Source: Amoebidium appalachense
Lineage: Eukaryota > Protista > Ichthyosporea
Direction of reading: 5' to 3'
Assembly: GCA_963693365.1 (NCBI GenBank)
Contig: CAVNZM010000006.1
Coordinates: 5,001,264-5,065,263 of the forward strand
Length of the DNA: 64,000 nucleotides
Both the position numbers and the translations under genes were made by a program. Positions 1 through 13,917 of this stretch are shown here, in pieces (position 1 is the stretch's first letter; every line of letters begins with the position of its first letter). The notes beneath the pieces are model-generated. The model ran no database searches, had not been told where the DNA came from, and worked only from the letters and a program-made list of their open reading frames with translations.

Positions 1-33
1 GACAGAAGCTGTGATGAGTATGGTTTTGTAGGG

Positions 34-80
<47 letters not shown>

Positions 81-232
81 TGTGTGCTCTGTGTGTGTGG
101 TGTGTGCGCGTCTGTGCAGAGAGGGGGGGGGGGGGGAAGAAGCTCTTGGGGAGGATAGGAAAAAGTTACACAGGCGCCTCTCTTCTAACACTCCCCCTCC
201 CCCCCCCCCCCCTCCCCCCTCCCCTCCCACAG

Positions 233-343
233 GTGACCCCACCGTTTTTGGCAATCTTAAGCCTCCCCAGTGTGCCGTGGACTCCATGTGTGCCACCGTG
301 CAGGGTGGAAAGTTCAACGGATATCTCAGCTCCCTCGGTATCT

Positions 344-389
<46 letters not shown>

Positions 390-640
390 AAAAACCCCGC
401 CTCCCCATCCTTCCCCCTCTCCCCCTCCCCCCCCCCCCCTTCACCGCCCCTCCCGCCCCTCCCCCCCCCCCCCCCCCCTTCGTCCCCGCTTGTTTACCCA
501 CGCGGCCAACCATCGCAAGCAGCAAGCTACACTTTCTCTAGCACCACAAACAAAGCCATCACCAACGATATCCCCAAGCTCCCTCCCCCCCTCCCCCCTC
601 TCTCTCTCCCCATCTTTTTCTCTCCCTACCTCTCTCCTCC

Positions 641-676
<36 letters not shown>

Positions 677-2009
677 CTGCCGCCACACACACACACACAC
701 ACACACACATTCCTTTATGACTCTCCGATCCGTTCTCTCCCACCTTTGCCCGCCACCTGGCTCCACTCCTAATCGCCTCTCCTCCTTCCAAACCCCCTTT
801 ATTTCTCAAAATATCAAATTTAAATTGACATACCTTGTGTCTTTGCAATACCTTCTTTCTTTGCGAACTGCTAGGTCTGCCTACACACCAACATTCAATA
901 TTCCAATATTCGACAGCATGCCCCCCCCTCCCCCCCTGCCCCCGCAGCCACCCAACCCTCTACGCACCTCACTTCATCTTCCCCTTACTTGCTACGTAGC
1001 CATTCATTTCCTATTTTCATGATCCCCCCCCCCCCCCCCCCCCCCCCTCCGGGGTCCATTTGCATTGTCCCAACCACGCCTTCTCCCCCTCTCCCCCCCT
1101 TCCCCCGGTCCAGCGCCTTTCCTCCTTGGCTCCTCCTATCGAATCTCTCCATCGTCATTCTGTCGTCTTACACACATATCCTACCACCCCCCCCCCCCTC
1201 CCCCCCCCCCCCCCTCCCCCCTCCCCCCCCCCCCCCCCCCCCCCCGGGGTCCATTTGCAATGTCCCAACCACGCCTTCTCCCCCTCTCCCCCCCTTCCCC
1301 CGGTCCAGCGCCTTTCCTCCTTGGCTCCTCCTATCGAATCTCTCCATCGTCATTCTGTCGTCTTACACACATATCCTACCAACCATGGCAACAGTACCCC
1401 ATAATCATTCAAACCAAATATTGCCACGTGTTATAACGGTCGACTTGTTCTATTCTTAGGTGCCGAACCTGCACGTGATGCTGTTGCTCGGAAGTTCACC
1501 CACCCGGACGCTCCCGTTACAACCAAGGTTTGAGCCCCCCCCCCCCCCCCCCCCCCCCCCTCCCCCCCCCCCCCCAACAAAAAACCACCACCACGACCAC
1601 CACCCCCATCCACAAAAAGAAAGCACATACACCACCACCCTCCCCATACACCCGCTTCCTCCCCACACATTCCCGGACTCGTGTTTTTGCTTACAACCCT
1701 CTGCCCCTGTGTGTTCTTTTCCGTCATTGAATGGGTCCTTCGTACTCTCTACCCCCCCCCCCCCCCCCCCCCTGTCTCTGTGCCCGTCTGGTCTGTCCAT
1801 GTGCTCCTTATGCTCCCCTGTTGTGCCTTGAACGTTCTTGGTCCTGCATCTCAACCCTCCCCCCTCCCCCCTCCCCCCTCCCCCCTCCCCCCCTCCCCTC
1901 CCTCCCCCCCCACCCCCACCCCCCCCCCCCCCCCGGCCCCCCCACACATACACCTCTCCCCTTCTCCCCCCCCCCCCCCCCAAACACACACACACACACG
2001 CGCGCGCGC

Positions 2010-2040
<31 letters not shown>

Positions 2041-3343
2041 TAGACACACACACTCACTTTACACTCCCCCCCCCCCATCCCCTCTTGTGTAAATATCCAT
2101 ACCCGTCTTTTCCTGTGATATCTGATGGCTTGTTGAATGGTGTCGCGTTGTTCCGCATTTAGGGGCAGGAGAGCAGAGAAGCTCTGTGGACATTAGCGGC
2201 TGTGTGTAGATGGTGGGGTGATGGGGGGGGGGGGGGAGGGAGGGGGGGGGTTGGGGGTTGGTATGATGGTGGTGGTTGTCGTTGAAAGAGAAAAAAGAGC
2301 ACATGCTACACACTGTTTGGTGCCGGTACTCAACCAACCAAAAGCGGCGGTACGTAGGAAGATTTAAGGTAACTTGGGGGATGGATTTTTGCTTAAAATT
2401 GGGGGTGCGCATCAGATAGAGATCGACCAAATTCCATAATTGATCCAGCTGGTCAATCGAGGCCGGAAGGTCCGAAAGTTCAACTTTCAATATAAACCCC
2501 ATGTCATTTGTGAGAGCATGAACGCAGAAACCGGGGGAGAAAATGAAATTTTTAATCATTAAGTGGGGGTTGGTTAGTGAGAATATAGGTATGGTTACCG
2601 GTGAAAAAAATTGGTTCGAGCTGCCCGTTTTCGCTTAGCGTAAGCACATATGGAGGGGGTAGAAATCGAATTTTCCAAGGGCCGACACATCAACATCCAT
2701 TATGTAATTACCCCCCGCTTTATTAGTAGGATTTGTTTTTCAAGGCAAGTTTCTGCAATCATTCTCTCTGTATTGAGCTTGGAAAATGTAACAAAATAAA
2801 AAAAGCCCCGAAAAAGACAAGTTCCGCGGCTCACAGACTGGCATTTGATCGATTTGATGAGTTGAATCCCCAGCACCGCGGCGTCAGCATACCATCCATT
2901 ACGTCACCTTAATCAAACAGCAAAAGTAAAAAATAACGTTACCCCCCACGCAAAGTTGACACACGTGGCACACTCAAGCTCAGAAAATGAATAATTCATA
3001 GCCAGAAGGGAGACCCATGCTTGTGATCTTTGTAATATCTGTGACTTGCAGGTGTCTAATACACACCGTCACACTTGACCCCCCCCCCCCCCCCCCCCCC
3101 CCCCCCGCCTCCCGGCTCCCCCGCCTCCCCCAAACTCCATCACACACACACACACACACACCCACACACACACCTTTCTCTCACACACACACGCAAAGGC
3201 AGGGCACACACACTTCCTAATCAGTGGTTCTTTAGCACCGTTTTCATTTCGAACTTCTTTCAAAACTCTTCCTGCTTACCTCTTAGTCCCCGTGCAACCT
3301 CCCCCTGCTTCCGTCTTCTACGATTCCCTCTCTTGTCCGCCTG

Positions 3344-3412
<69 letters not shown>

Positions 3413-3681
3413 ATGTGATCTTGGCCAGTGGCTGCTCTGGTGCACTCGAGATTGCCATCGTTGCTTTGGCCAGCTTTGGTGGGTCGCCCCCTCCCCTCCC
3501 CCCTCCCTCCCTCCCCGGCACCCCCCTCCCCTTCTCTTTCCCCGCCCCTTTTCTGCCTGCTCTCCCCCTCTTCCCCTCCCCTCTCCCTTCTCCCCCCCCT
3601 CCCCCCCCCCGTCCCTTCCCTTTCATGCATGGCCCAGACCACCAATGCCACCGCCAATTGGTAGTACATGACAGGAGGAAA

Positions 3682-3715
<34 letters not shown>

Positions 3716-4262
3716 TGGACTCCATGAGATGTGGATGACCGGGAAATTGACGGCAAGGCAGGAAGGGGGGAAGAGAGGGGGCGGGGCAAAGAGGTTTCAC
3801 GGGTCAATCGTCATCAAGACGAGTGTGGGCGAGGGCGTGAATGGGGTGGATGTAAAAGCGTGTGTGTGTGTGTGCGTGTGTGGCGGTAGGGAGGGGGAGG
3901 GCGGGAGGCGGGACGAGGGAGGGAGGGAACGGTGGGCGGAGAGAATGAAGAGGGGGGGGGGAGGGGGGAGGATGTGTATGTGGGAAAAACCAATATCTTA
4001 TGTCGATACTTGAAATTTCAGGACAGAACATTCTGGTGCCCCTGCCTGGTTTCCCTCTCTACACAACCATTGCGGAGAGCAGAGGGATTCAGACTAAGAG
4101 CTATCGTTTGCTGGTATGTTCTTTCGTTTTTTCTTGTTCTCTTTCTCCATCTTCCTCCCCTTTTTTTTTTCTAATTGTGTTTTTTTCTTATTTCTTTTTC
4201 TTTGTATTCTCGTTTTTGTGTTTCTTTTGGCTCTTCTTTCCTCTTTGGGTGTGTGTGGGGGG

Positions 4263-4302
<40 letters not shown>

Positions 4303-5403
4303 CTCACGGAGGGAGGGGGGAGGGGTCTTTTTTTCGACGTGGCAGGGTGGTAGGGCACCCCGAGGGGGGGGGGGGGGGGGGGGGGGGAGGGGGGGGGTCT
4401 AATCTCACAACCTGCACCCGATGTGTTATGCGTGAGATACGCCGAATGTGGATACACGGGCATGTTTACCCCTTCAGAGGTGTCCTTTCAGGACAGACCA
4501 CTGTGTGGAGACCGCTTTACTTCCATGCAACCGGGCATGGTTGCTCTGTGTCGTGCATCTGTAAGCACATACACATTTTTCGCTGCACTGCATTAGTTTG
4601 CACACACATCTTCACCGTTTTGCTCACCTTGCTTGCATAAGCAACCCTGCTCGTCTTTGATCAAGACGGGTTGACCCGCCCAAGCTCAGTTGATGCTGCT
4701 GTCTGAGTTGGAGCGTCGTATATACGCGGGCTAAGGGGTCGAAACTCAGACGCAATTGATGACTTGGGTCCTCCCTGAGGATGGGCTCTGCTTATGACAC
4801 ATACTGTGCAGTGCACATGGCTGATGTTGCATACTTGAATGTTTGCCTTTGCATGTGTCCTGCACCATGCTTCTCGTCGTGTATGCGTACTTTGTACCGT
4901 GTTCCGCATTCAAACCCCCCCCCCCCCCCCCTCGAAACTCGGGTACTGTGGATGACATGCCCCCCCCCCCCCCCCCCCCCCCCCCCTCCCCCCCCCCGAG
5001 CATCCCTGAGCATGGGATCTGCTTATTATGCATACTCTTTATGTATGGCTTGCATTCTGCATCGTGTTATCCGTTGTTCTTGTGTACTTCGTACTTTATG
5101 ACATATTCAAACCCCCCCCCCCCTCCCCCCCCTTCCCCATTCCTCCCCCCCCCCCCCCCCCAGGGGGGGCCCGGAGATGAGATCTTTGTACTTTCCTCGT
5201 CGGGTCTCATGCACTGACATGGCCTCCCCCTCCCCTTCCCCCCCCTTCCCACACACACACACCACCACCACCACATCCACACACAGACACATAGCTGCAC
5301 TTGCTTTCGCACATGAGAACATGCGCACGTGCGCGTGAAGCACACACACACAGAGACACAGACACTCGCGCGCGCGCGCACACACACACGCACACGCGCG
5401 CGC

Positions 5404-5441
<38 letters not shown>

Positions 5442-5692
5442 CCTGAGCGCAACTGGGAGGTAGACCTTGCCCACATGGAGTCTCTGATCGACTCCAAGAC
5501 GGCAGCCATTCTCATTAACAACCCCTCAAACCCCTGCGGCTCAAACTTCAGCGGGCAACATCTTAAGGATATCCTCGCACGTACGTAATGCAAGCAAACA
5601 CACATGGACATACGAGCGCGCGCGCGCGCACACACACACACACACACACGAACACACGAACATATGCACAGGTATGCATACGCACACGTTCA

Positions 5693-5732
<40 letters not shown>

Positions 5733-6429
5733 AGCATGCACACCGCAAGCAATCCTTGTATATACGCTCTGCATTCGATCGCTCACTCAAGCGCACATGA
5801 TCCACTCATGTTGCATACTGTGTGCTCTCATCGCATTTCTGCAATACCCCATTCATTGCCAAGTTCTCTTCCTGGTGCCGTGTACTGCATATTACCCCCC
5901 CCCCCCCCCCCCCTCCCCCCTCGCCCCTCCCCCCTCTCCCCCCCCCCCCCCTCCCCCCCCCCTTCATGCGCGTACTGTGGATGAAGTGGGCCTCCCCTGA
6001 GGATGGCGCTCCTTTTATGCATGTGTACTTTGCTCTCTTTGAAGTACTTTAACCCCCTACCATCACCCCCTTCCCCCCTCCCCCCTCCCCCCCCCCCCTC
6101 TCTCCACCCCCCGACCCCATATCCCAAACCCCACGCCCACCCCACCCAACCCACACCTTTCTTTACTCGACATCATATCCACCCTCCCCCCCCCCCCCCC
6201 CCCCCCCCCTCCCCCCTCCCCCCTCTCCCCCCCGGGTCGTCGACTTTCCCAGCCCTCTTTCCACATGTTTCCAACCTCTCTTTCCCACTAACCCTCCTAT
6301 CTCCCCAGTTGCCGAGAAGCATTATCTCCCGATTATTTCGGACGAGATATACGCAGACATGGTTTTCCCCCCCAACGTGTTCACCCCTCTTGCCCCCCTG
6401 TCCAAAAACGTCCCTATCTTGGTGAGTTC

Positions 6430-6478
<49 letters not shown>

Positions 6479-7223
6479 CCCCCCCCCCCTCCCCCCTCCC
6501 CCCTCCCCCCTCCCCCCCTCCCCCGGCCAGAAAAAAAAAAAAAAAAAAAAAAAAAACACCCACTCCCTTCCGCCGAAAACACCCACAGACAAACACTCAC
6601 ACCCACAAACACACACGAACGTGGGACACACGTGAAGGTAATAAGCTGATGTCCCAATATCCATTGGTGTTGGATGGAGTGTTTGCAGGGCCGAATGATT
6701 TCGGTTTCTCTCTCTGACTGTGTGTGCTTTTCTTTTCTTCTTTGGTTATGGTGGTTGGGTAGGTGGGTGTGTGCGCCTGGGGCCGGGAGGGGGGAGGGGG
6801 GAAGGAAGGGGGGGGGGGGGGGGGGGAAGAGGGGGGAAGGCGGTGGAGAATGGGTGTTTGCGGGCGGGAAAAGGTGTTGGGACTTGGAAGACGGAGGGGA
6901 ATATGGGGCTGGGCACATCCTTTTTTTGGGAGGGGACGGGGGCAAGGAGGGGGGGGGAGGTGGGGATAGCGACAGCGAAAGAGAGTGTGAGGTAGGGAGG
7001 GGGGCAAGGGAGATAGTAGGGGGAGGAGGGGTGGGTGGGGGCGAGAGACTGGGCCCGAGGGGGGGGGAGGGGGGGGGGGGGGGGGATGGTGTGTTTTATC
7101 TTGAACTTTAATTTTTACTTTTACTTGCAGACCTGCGGAGGTATTGCCAAGCAGTATGTGGTACCCGGCTGGAGGTTGGGGTGGATTGTATGCCACGACA
7201 GAAACAACGTGTTTGCAAAAGAG

Positions 7224-7254
<31 letters not shown>

Positions 7255-7771
7255 CGTGCGTGTGTGTGTGTGTGTGTGTGTGTTGTGTGCATGCAGATGT
7301 TTGTAAGACATATGTACGTGCATCGGGGTGTCAATTATGTGCGAGCGTGTTTGAGCTAAACAGACGAGTTGCCTTGGTAGTGTGTGTGTGTGTGTGTGCA
7401 CGCACGTGCGTGTGTGCGTGTGCGTGTATGCATGTGCGTGCGTGCGTGTTTGTGTGTTTGTTTATATGCGTGCGTGTGTGTGTGTGTGTGTGTGCGCGCG
7501 CGCGCACATGCGCGCGTGCGTGCACATCACAAAGTTTACGAATGGGGATACAAGGGGACTGGTGTAGACACATAAGGAGTTAGCCACCTACCGTGAAATA
7601 AGGAGGGGGGAGTGAGGTTACGCTTTCCTTTGACGGCAGTAGAGCAGTAAGCTTGCAGCAACGCAAAGTGTAACGAGATACAGTAACTGTTTTATAAGAA
7701 CATCTCGTCATTTTCGGGTGTATATGTTGCCCCGTTTTTTTCTTTCTCTTTTTTTCCTTTTTATTTCCTTT

Positions 7772-7811
<40 letters not shown>

Positions 7812-8023
7812 GTTTTGGATTTTTGTGACTTCGAGATAAAGCCGGATGGTTGGAAAGGGGGTGGGGGGTGGGGAGGCGGGGGGAGGGGAGGAGGGACACT
7901 ACCCGTTTTTTAATACATACCCCTTAAATGTCTAAGTCCCACACATGCACACACCTATCCACTCGTCTGCACACATACCCATACGATGATTATCACCTCC
8001 AAGCCCCATCTCGTCCACCGTAT

Positions 8024-8070
<47 letters not shown>

Positions 8071-8403
8071 ACCACCACCAACCAACCCCTACTCCCCGAC
8101 ATGAATGTGTGCCTCTTACCTGTAATGGGCTCTAACCACCCCTCCCCCAATTTCCCCTGCATGCACACCCACACACGTACCCCCCCCCCCCCCCCCCCCC
8201 CTCCCCCCCCGGCCGCCCCTCACACACACACACATACACACACACACAGCCCCCCCCCCCTCCCCCTTCCCCCCTCACCTCCCCCCCACTCCCCATCCCC
8301 CCTCCCCTCATCCCCTCCCCTTCTCCCCCCCCCCCCCCCCCCTTCTTTCCCCACACCACCCTCCCTCAACACACACACACACACCTCTCCCTCCGCCTCC
8401 CCC

Positions 8404-8434
<31 letters not shown>

Positions 8435-8593
8435 AGGTGCGTGAGGCCTTGACAATCCTGACGCAGATTCTCGTGGGCCCCAATGCGTTGGTGCAGGGGG
8501 CCCTGCCTGCAATTCTGCACGAGACAGACCCCCAATACTACAAGGACCTTAACAACACACTGGAGGTACGTAGAACCCCCCCCCCCCCCCCCC

Positions 8594-8627
<34 letters not shown>

Positions 8628-8760
8628 TTTTTTTTTTCCCGCTGCGGCATGGGTCAAATCTCATACTCAGATTTTTATTTTAGTTTTTTGTGTGTGGGGG
8701 TCTATTGCTGTTCTTGCATTGCTTTCCTTCCTGTCGGTCTCCGTCACAACCCCCCCCCCC

Positions 8761-8856
<96 letters not shown>

Positions 8857-9426
8857 GTCTGCCCCCTCCCCGCCCCCCTCCCACCACCACTCCCCAAAGC
8901 AAACCAACAAAAAAGACACGCTTCAACGACTCCCTCTTCCCTTAACGCCCCAGCTCCCCAGCCCTCCCCCTGCCACCCGATCTTCTCACCTTTTCCTTGG
9001 ACAAAGCTCTCCGATGCCTTTTCCCTTCCCACCATTTCTCTCCTCTCCCCCCTCCTTCCCCCCCCCCCTCCCCCCCCTTCCCCCCCCTTCCCCCCCGGCA
9101 CCCTCTCCCCCCCCCCCCACCCCAAAGAATGTTTTTTCTTCCCTTCCCCCCCATGCACACAGTGATTTGCTCACATTTTTTGCCACAGGCACATGCACAG
9201 TTGAGCTATGACCGCATCAGCAAGATTAAAGGGCTGAAGCCTGTGCTTCCTCAGGGCACCATGTACATGATGGTGAGCATGTGATTGTGTCTGTGTGTGC
9301 GTGTGTGTGTGTGTGTGTGTCTGTGTGCATATGTGCACGTGCGCACGTGCGTGTGTGGATGGGGGGGGGGGGGGGGGGAGGGTTAGCGTGTGTGTGAGCG
9401 TGTGTTGGTGTGTGTAATGGATGTGT

Positions 9427-9464
<38 letters not shown>

Positions 9465-9695
9465 TTTTTTTTTTTTTTTTTTTTTTGGGGGGGGGGGGGG
9501 TTAGTGTAGATGTGAGTGCGTAGTGGTGTGGGTAGATGTGGGGGGGGGGGGGGGGGGGGGGGGGGGGGTAATGTGGGTGAGTACGTGGTGGTGTGAATGG
9601 GTGGGTGAGTGGGTTTGGGGGGCGACGGGTGTGAGGTAGGGGCTTAGTGTGTGTGTGTGTGTGTGTGTGTAGTGGTCGTTGATGGGGAGGGAGGG

Positions 9696-9726
<31 letters not shown>

Positions 9727-9963
9727 GGTGCGTATGAGTGTGAATTTGTGTGCTCTTTTATTGCTGTTGGATGGTGATTAGGTGTTTTTTGCTCGTATGT
9801 TTGTCTGCCTAAGGGGTTGGGGGTGGAGTGCGTTTGGGGATTGGTGTGGGTCGGTGATGCACGTGTGTGTGTGGGCGGCCGGAGAGATTTCGAGATGATT
9901 TTAAAGTGTGTGGGAGGCATACAAGAAAGTGATCGACATATCGTGTGTGTGTGTGTGGCCCGG

Positions 9964-10029
<66 letters not shown>

Positions 10030-10381
10030 GAAAGGGGCAGGGGAGGGTTACAACAATCTCTCATAATAGTGTTTTGGAGAGGGGGGGATCCAAGAGTCTC
10101 ATGTGTGTGTGTGCTGGGGGGGGAATCCAATAGTATTTTCATATGTGGGAGGATGTAACACTATCTCATATAAGTGTTTGGGGCCCCTGGGGGGATCCAA
10201 CAAGTTCAAATAAGTGTGGGAAGAGGGGTTTAACACTATCTCACACAAGTGTGGGGGGGATCCAACAGGTCGAAATTGACATGGCGCAGTTCCCCGAATA
10301 TGCTGATGACCTGCAGTTTACTGAAGCCCTAATTGCTGAACAGTCGGTGTTCTGCCTGCCTGCTAAGGTATTCACGAGCAT

Positions 10382-10465
<84 letters not shown>

Positions 10466-11089
10466 GCGCTCACACAAGGACCCACATGTGCACACATGTG
10501 TACACAATCACGTGCGCACACACATAATATGCACAGCACTATACATGAACACACACACACACAAAGACACGTCACAAGGTATGCATGTGCATGCATGCAC
10601 AGACATACACAAACACGCAAACACACACTGACTCACACTCACACAAGCACCCACATGTGCACAAGGATGTACACAAGCACGTGTGCACACACATATAGTA
10701 CATATCGAATAAATGAGTCGCTCCGCATCAATCTAAATATCTAAATACTCGGCGAATTTAGAGAACCAATGCCGTTCTCTAAATATCTAAAAGTCTGCTC
10801 GATTCGTGTAGAGCCGTTTAGAAACTGAATTATCTAGATCGTTGATCGCAATTCTATTGGATAAGAGATATTCAGGCGAGTTCCAAGGACCAATTGTCAT
10901 ATCCCAGACATCTAGAAGACCCCCCCCCCCCCCTTCTTCCAGATGCGCCCATCTGGAAGAGGGTCGAAATCAATCTAGATTTTATGCAAACTTTAAACAT
11001 TTAACAGATTGATCGGATTACAGAAGTTTTATACGTAAATTTAACAATCTAGATGTTTAGATATCTGGATCCACTCGAAGCGGCTCAAT

Positions 11090-11157
<68 letters not shown>

Positions 11158-11569
11158 ACACAGACACAGACATGTCACAAGGCATGCACAGATACACACA
11201 AACACGTAAACACATACACACGCTCACACAAGGACCCGAATGTGCACGCAGATGTACACAAGCACGTGTGAACGCACATAAAATACACACCGCATACATG
11301 TGCACACACATACCCACACACAAAGACATGTCACACGCGGTGGTTTTGTGTGTACAAACCTTTGACTGGTGAAATCGTATGCACACAAAAAATAAGGTAG
11401 GCGCACCCTCACACAGACACCCACTTACAAGGAACAAGTATACAGGCATGCACACAGTCTTTAACACCTACGCAATCAGCATAGAGACGTAGGGGCCTCC
11501 TTCCTTTTTCTATCGAAGGCTCAGTTTCCTTATGTGGATGATGAGATCGAACTGGTTTCACCTGACTGT

Positions 11570-11629
<60 letters not shown>

Positions 11630-11988
11630 CACCACGCCCCCCCACACACACACCACCACCCACCCACCCACCACCACCACCACCACCAACACGCGCGCGC
11701 ACGCGCTGCACACACACACACACAAAATACACATGCCATATACCACACACGCACACCACACACACCACACTCACACTCACGACACACACACACACACACA
11801 CACACACACTCATGCACACACACACACGTACACACACACGTACACACACACACACACGTACACACACACACACACAGTGCTTCAGCTATCCCAACTTCTT
11901 CCGTATCGTCTTCACTGCCCCCAAGGACAAGCTGGAGACTGCATACGATCGCATCGAAGAATTCTGCAACAAACATCGCAAGAACTAA
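233..11988 (+). CDS. TAT: Tyrosine aminotransferase (class I/II PLP aminotransferase), 11 exons in window, 5' end upstream of window
   Basis: Exons with GT-AG borders and consistent phase: 233-337, 1460-1527, 3412-3478, 4022-4113, 5442-5580, 6309-6421, 7131-7223, 8437-8565, 9189-9272, 10269-10367, 11878-11988(TAA). Joined protein has [67 protein letters not shown] (PLP lysine), [17 protein letters not shown] and YPNFFRIV, all typical of TAT. Confidence 0.96.
1050..1381. repeat. Near-perfect tandem duplication of about 135 bp, separated by a poly(C) tract, in a TAT intron
   Basis: ccggggtccatttgca...cacacatatcctacca occurs at about 1050-1184 and about 1244-1381. Confidence 0.95.
2364..2912. 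mobile_element. Putative TTAA-flanked non-autonomous DNA transposon (MITE-like) in a TAT intron
   Basis: TTAA|ggtaacttgggggatgg ... ccatccattacgtcacc|TTAA gives imperfect terminal inverted repeats bounded by TTAA around microsatellite-free sequence. Confidence 0.4.
4622..5115 (+). repeat. R1 family, composite copy (5' module, hairpin, monomer M1, poly(C), truncated monomer M2) in a TAT intron
   Basis: Matches the reverse complement of 24241-25062, and matches 42363-42525 directly. Both monomers end in ttcaaac followed by poly(C). Confidence 0.9.
5800..6058 (+). repeat. Two degenerate R1 monomers in a TAT intron
   Basis: catgttgcatactgtgtgc...gtgtactgcatattac(C)n and gtactgtggatgaagtgggcctcccctgaggatgg...tactttaaccccc resemble M1 and M2. 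Confidence 0.6.
10045..10268 (+). repeat. Degenerate tandem repeat ending at the splice acceptor of TAT exon 10269-10367
   Basis: Recurrent aacactatctca...aagtgt...gggggatccaa units. The penultimate unit reads ggatccaacaagttcaaa and the last reads ggatccaacag|gtcgaaa. Confidence 0.7.
10465..11340. repeat. CA-rich degenerate repeat (about 170-bp units) interrupted by an insertion
   Basis: ctcacacaag(g/c)accc...atgtgcac...tgtacacaa(t/g)cacgtg recurs at about 10468, 10638 and 11221. Confidence 0.75.
10714..11087. mobile_element. Putative MITE with tctaga/atatctaaa subterminal motifs
   Basis: Ends tgagtcgctccg and cgaagcggctca (10/12 inverted match), followed inward by inverted atatctaaa motifs. 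It interrupts the CA-rich repeat. No clear TSD. Confidence 0.4.
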
Positions 11989-12615
11989 TCCCGCCCCCTC
12001 CCCCTCCCCCTCCCCCTCCCCCCCCCTTCCCCCCCTCTCTCCCCCTCTCTCTCTCGCCCTTCCCCCCGCCCCTCACCTCCCCCCGCCCCCCTCCTCTCTC
12101 CCTCCCACCTCTCCCTCTATCCCTCCCTCTCCATCCTCTGAGTCTCCCGCCCACTTTCAAGCCCCCCCCCCCCCCCCTCTCCCTTTATACCCAGTGATCA
12201 CAAGACAAGTCAACTTGAAACCGACTCGCTAAGCACAATGTGCTTAATGGCATATGTTATTAAGCATGTGCATGCAAAAGGCTTACGTAAGCATTATATG
12301 TATACGATGGACTTACGTTAAGCATATGTACAGTCAGACTGAGTGGCTGTGTGGCCCGACCGCTGACTGACTTAAAAATGTAAAAAATTTAAAAATAACG
12401 TATCCGAAGGAACTGGGTTTCCTGTTTTAGTCAATTGAGGCCCCGTCTGTAATTGGTCACGTATTTGCCTCTCCCCCCCCCCCCCCCTCCCCCCCCCCCT
12501 CCCCCCCCCCGGGCGGGCACGCGATGTACCGCCGGTTGTTTTCTCTCTTTTGCATATGAATTGTGAGATCACCCGACGGTGAACTTGTATTTCAGTGCTG
12601 GTCCGTAAAAAATAA

Positions 12616-12674
<59 letters not shown>

Positions 12675-13168
12675 TAAAAAATAAAAAAAAATAAATAAAA
12701 AAAAACGGCGATTGACTCACTTCCCGTGCGTGAACGTCACTGATCCTGGCCATTGCGACGAACCAGTGGTTTTTTAACACTGCGATGCCGTTTGCCAAGT
12801 TGGAAGGAGAGGGGCCTGTTTGTGCGTGCATGTGTGTGTGTTATTCAATTAATGTGTGTGTGTGTGTGAGTGAGGGAGAGGGGGGGGGGGGGGGGGGGGA
12901 GAGGGGGGGAGGAGGGGGCCGAGGGGTGAGATATAGAGAGAGAGCCCGAAGAGTAACTGTTGGCCCCCGGGAGGGGGGGGGGGAAGGGGGGGGGATTATT
13001 CTATGATAAGGGAATTTCCGTCCCTGACGTCAGAGGTCCGATGAGAGAGAGAGAGAGAGTCGGTCTACGGAGAGAGAGGCTCCAGTACTAGTGTGGGAGA
13101 GAGGGGGGGGGGGAGGGGGGGGGGGGTGAGGGGGAAGGAGGGGGAGAAGGGAGAGAGTATCGATCGAC

Positions 13169-13213
<45 letters not shown>

Positions 13214-13221
13214 GGGAGGGG

Positions 13222-13253
<32 letters not shown>

Positions 13254-13623
13254 GTGTGTGTGTGTGTACATGTGTGTGAGAGAGAGAGAGAGTCTGAGAG
13301 AGAAAGAGAGCGAGAGCGGAGAGAGAGAGAGAGAGAGAGAGGTCGGAGTCGAGAGAGTGAGTGAGTGTGAGAGAGAGTCTTTAAGGGAGAGAGATTGAGA
13401 AACGCCACCGCGGGGGGTGGGGGTGGGGGGTGGGGGGTGGGGGGGGGGGGGGAGCCTCGGGGAGAGAGAGAGAGACCGTCGGTGCCTCGGAGAGAGAGGG
13501 AAACTGAGAGAGAAAGAGCTCGAGAGAGAGACTCAGAGAGAGCCTCTGAGAGAGAGAGACAGAGCCGCGAAGTTCTTGAGAGAGAGTTTGAGACTCCGCT
13601 GTCTGATGAGACCAGGGAGGAGG

Positions 13624-13657
<34 letters not shown>

Positions 13658-13868
13658 TGGGGGAGGTAGGGGGGGGGGGGGGGGGGGGGAGGTCTGGAGT
13701 CCGGGAGGGGGTTGAGAGGGGGCACTGGGACAGTGCTCAGTCACCGTGGCCGTCATTAATGAGAGTCTCATAATGATCCGGAATGATTCCAAAAGCTTCG
13801 GAACCGCATTGAGAATAAGTTAGAAAACCTTTGAAACTTAAGAAATCACAGCGTCTCCGAGGAGTCCT

Positions 13869-13917
<49 letters not shown>

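Noticed and set aside
4655-4676. tcaagacggg as an rRNA-antisense C/D guide in the R1 5' module
   Set aside because: It is only a 10-nt match, is not followed by CTGA in either copy, and is paired in a local hairpin.
4735-4790. Hammerhead ribozyme in R1 (CTGAGGA and CGAAAC both present)
   Set aside because: The order and flanks do not give valid stems I and II, and both motifs are better explained as parts of separate hairpins.
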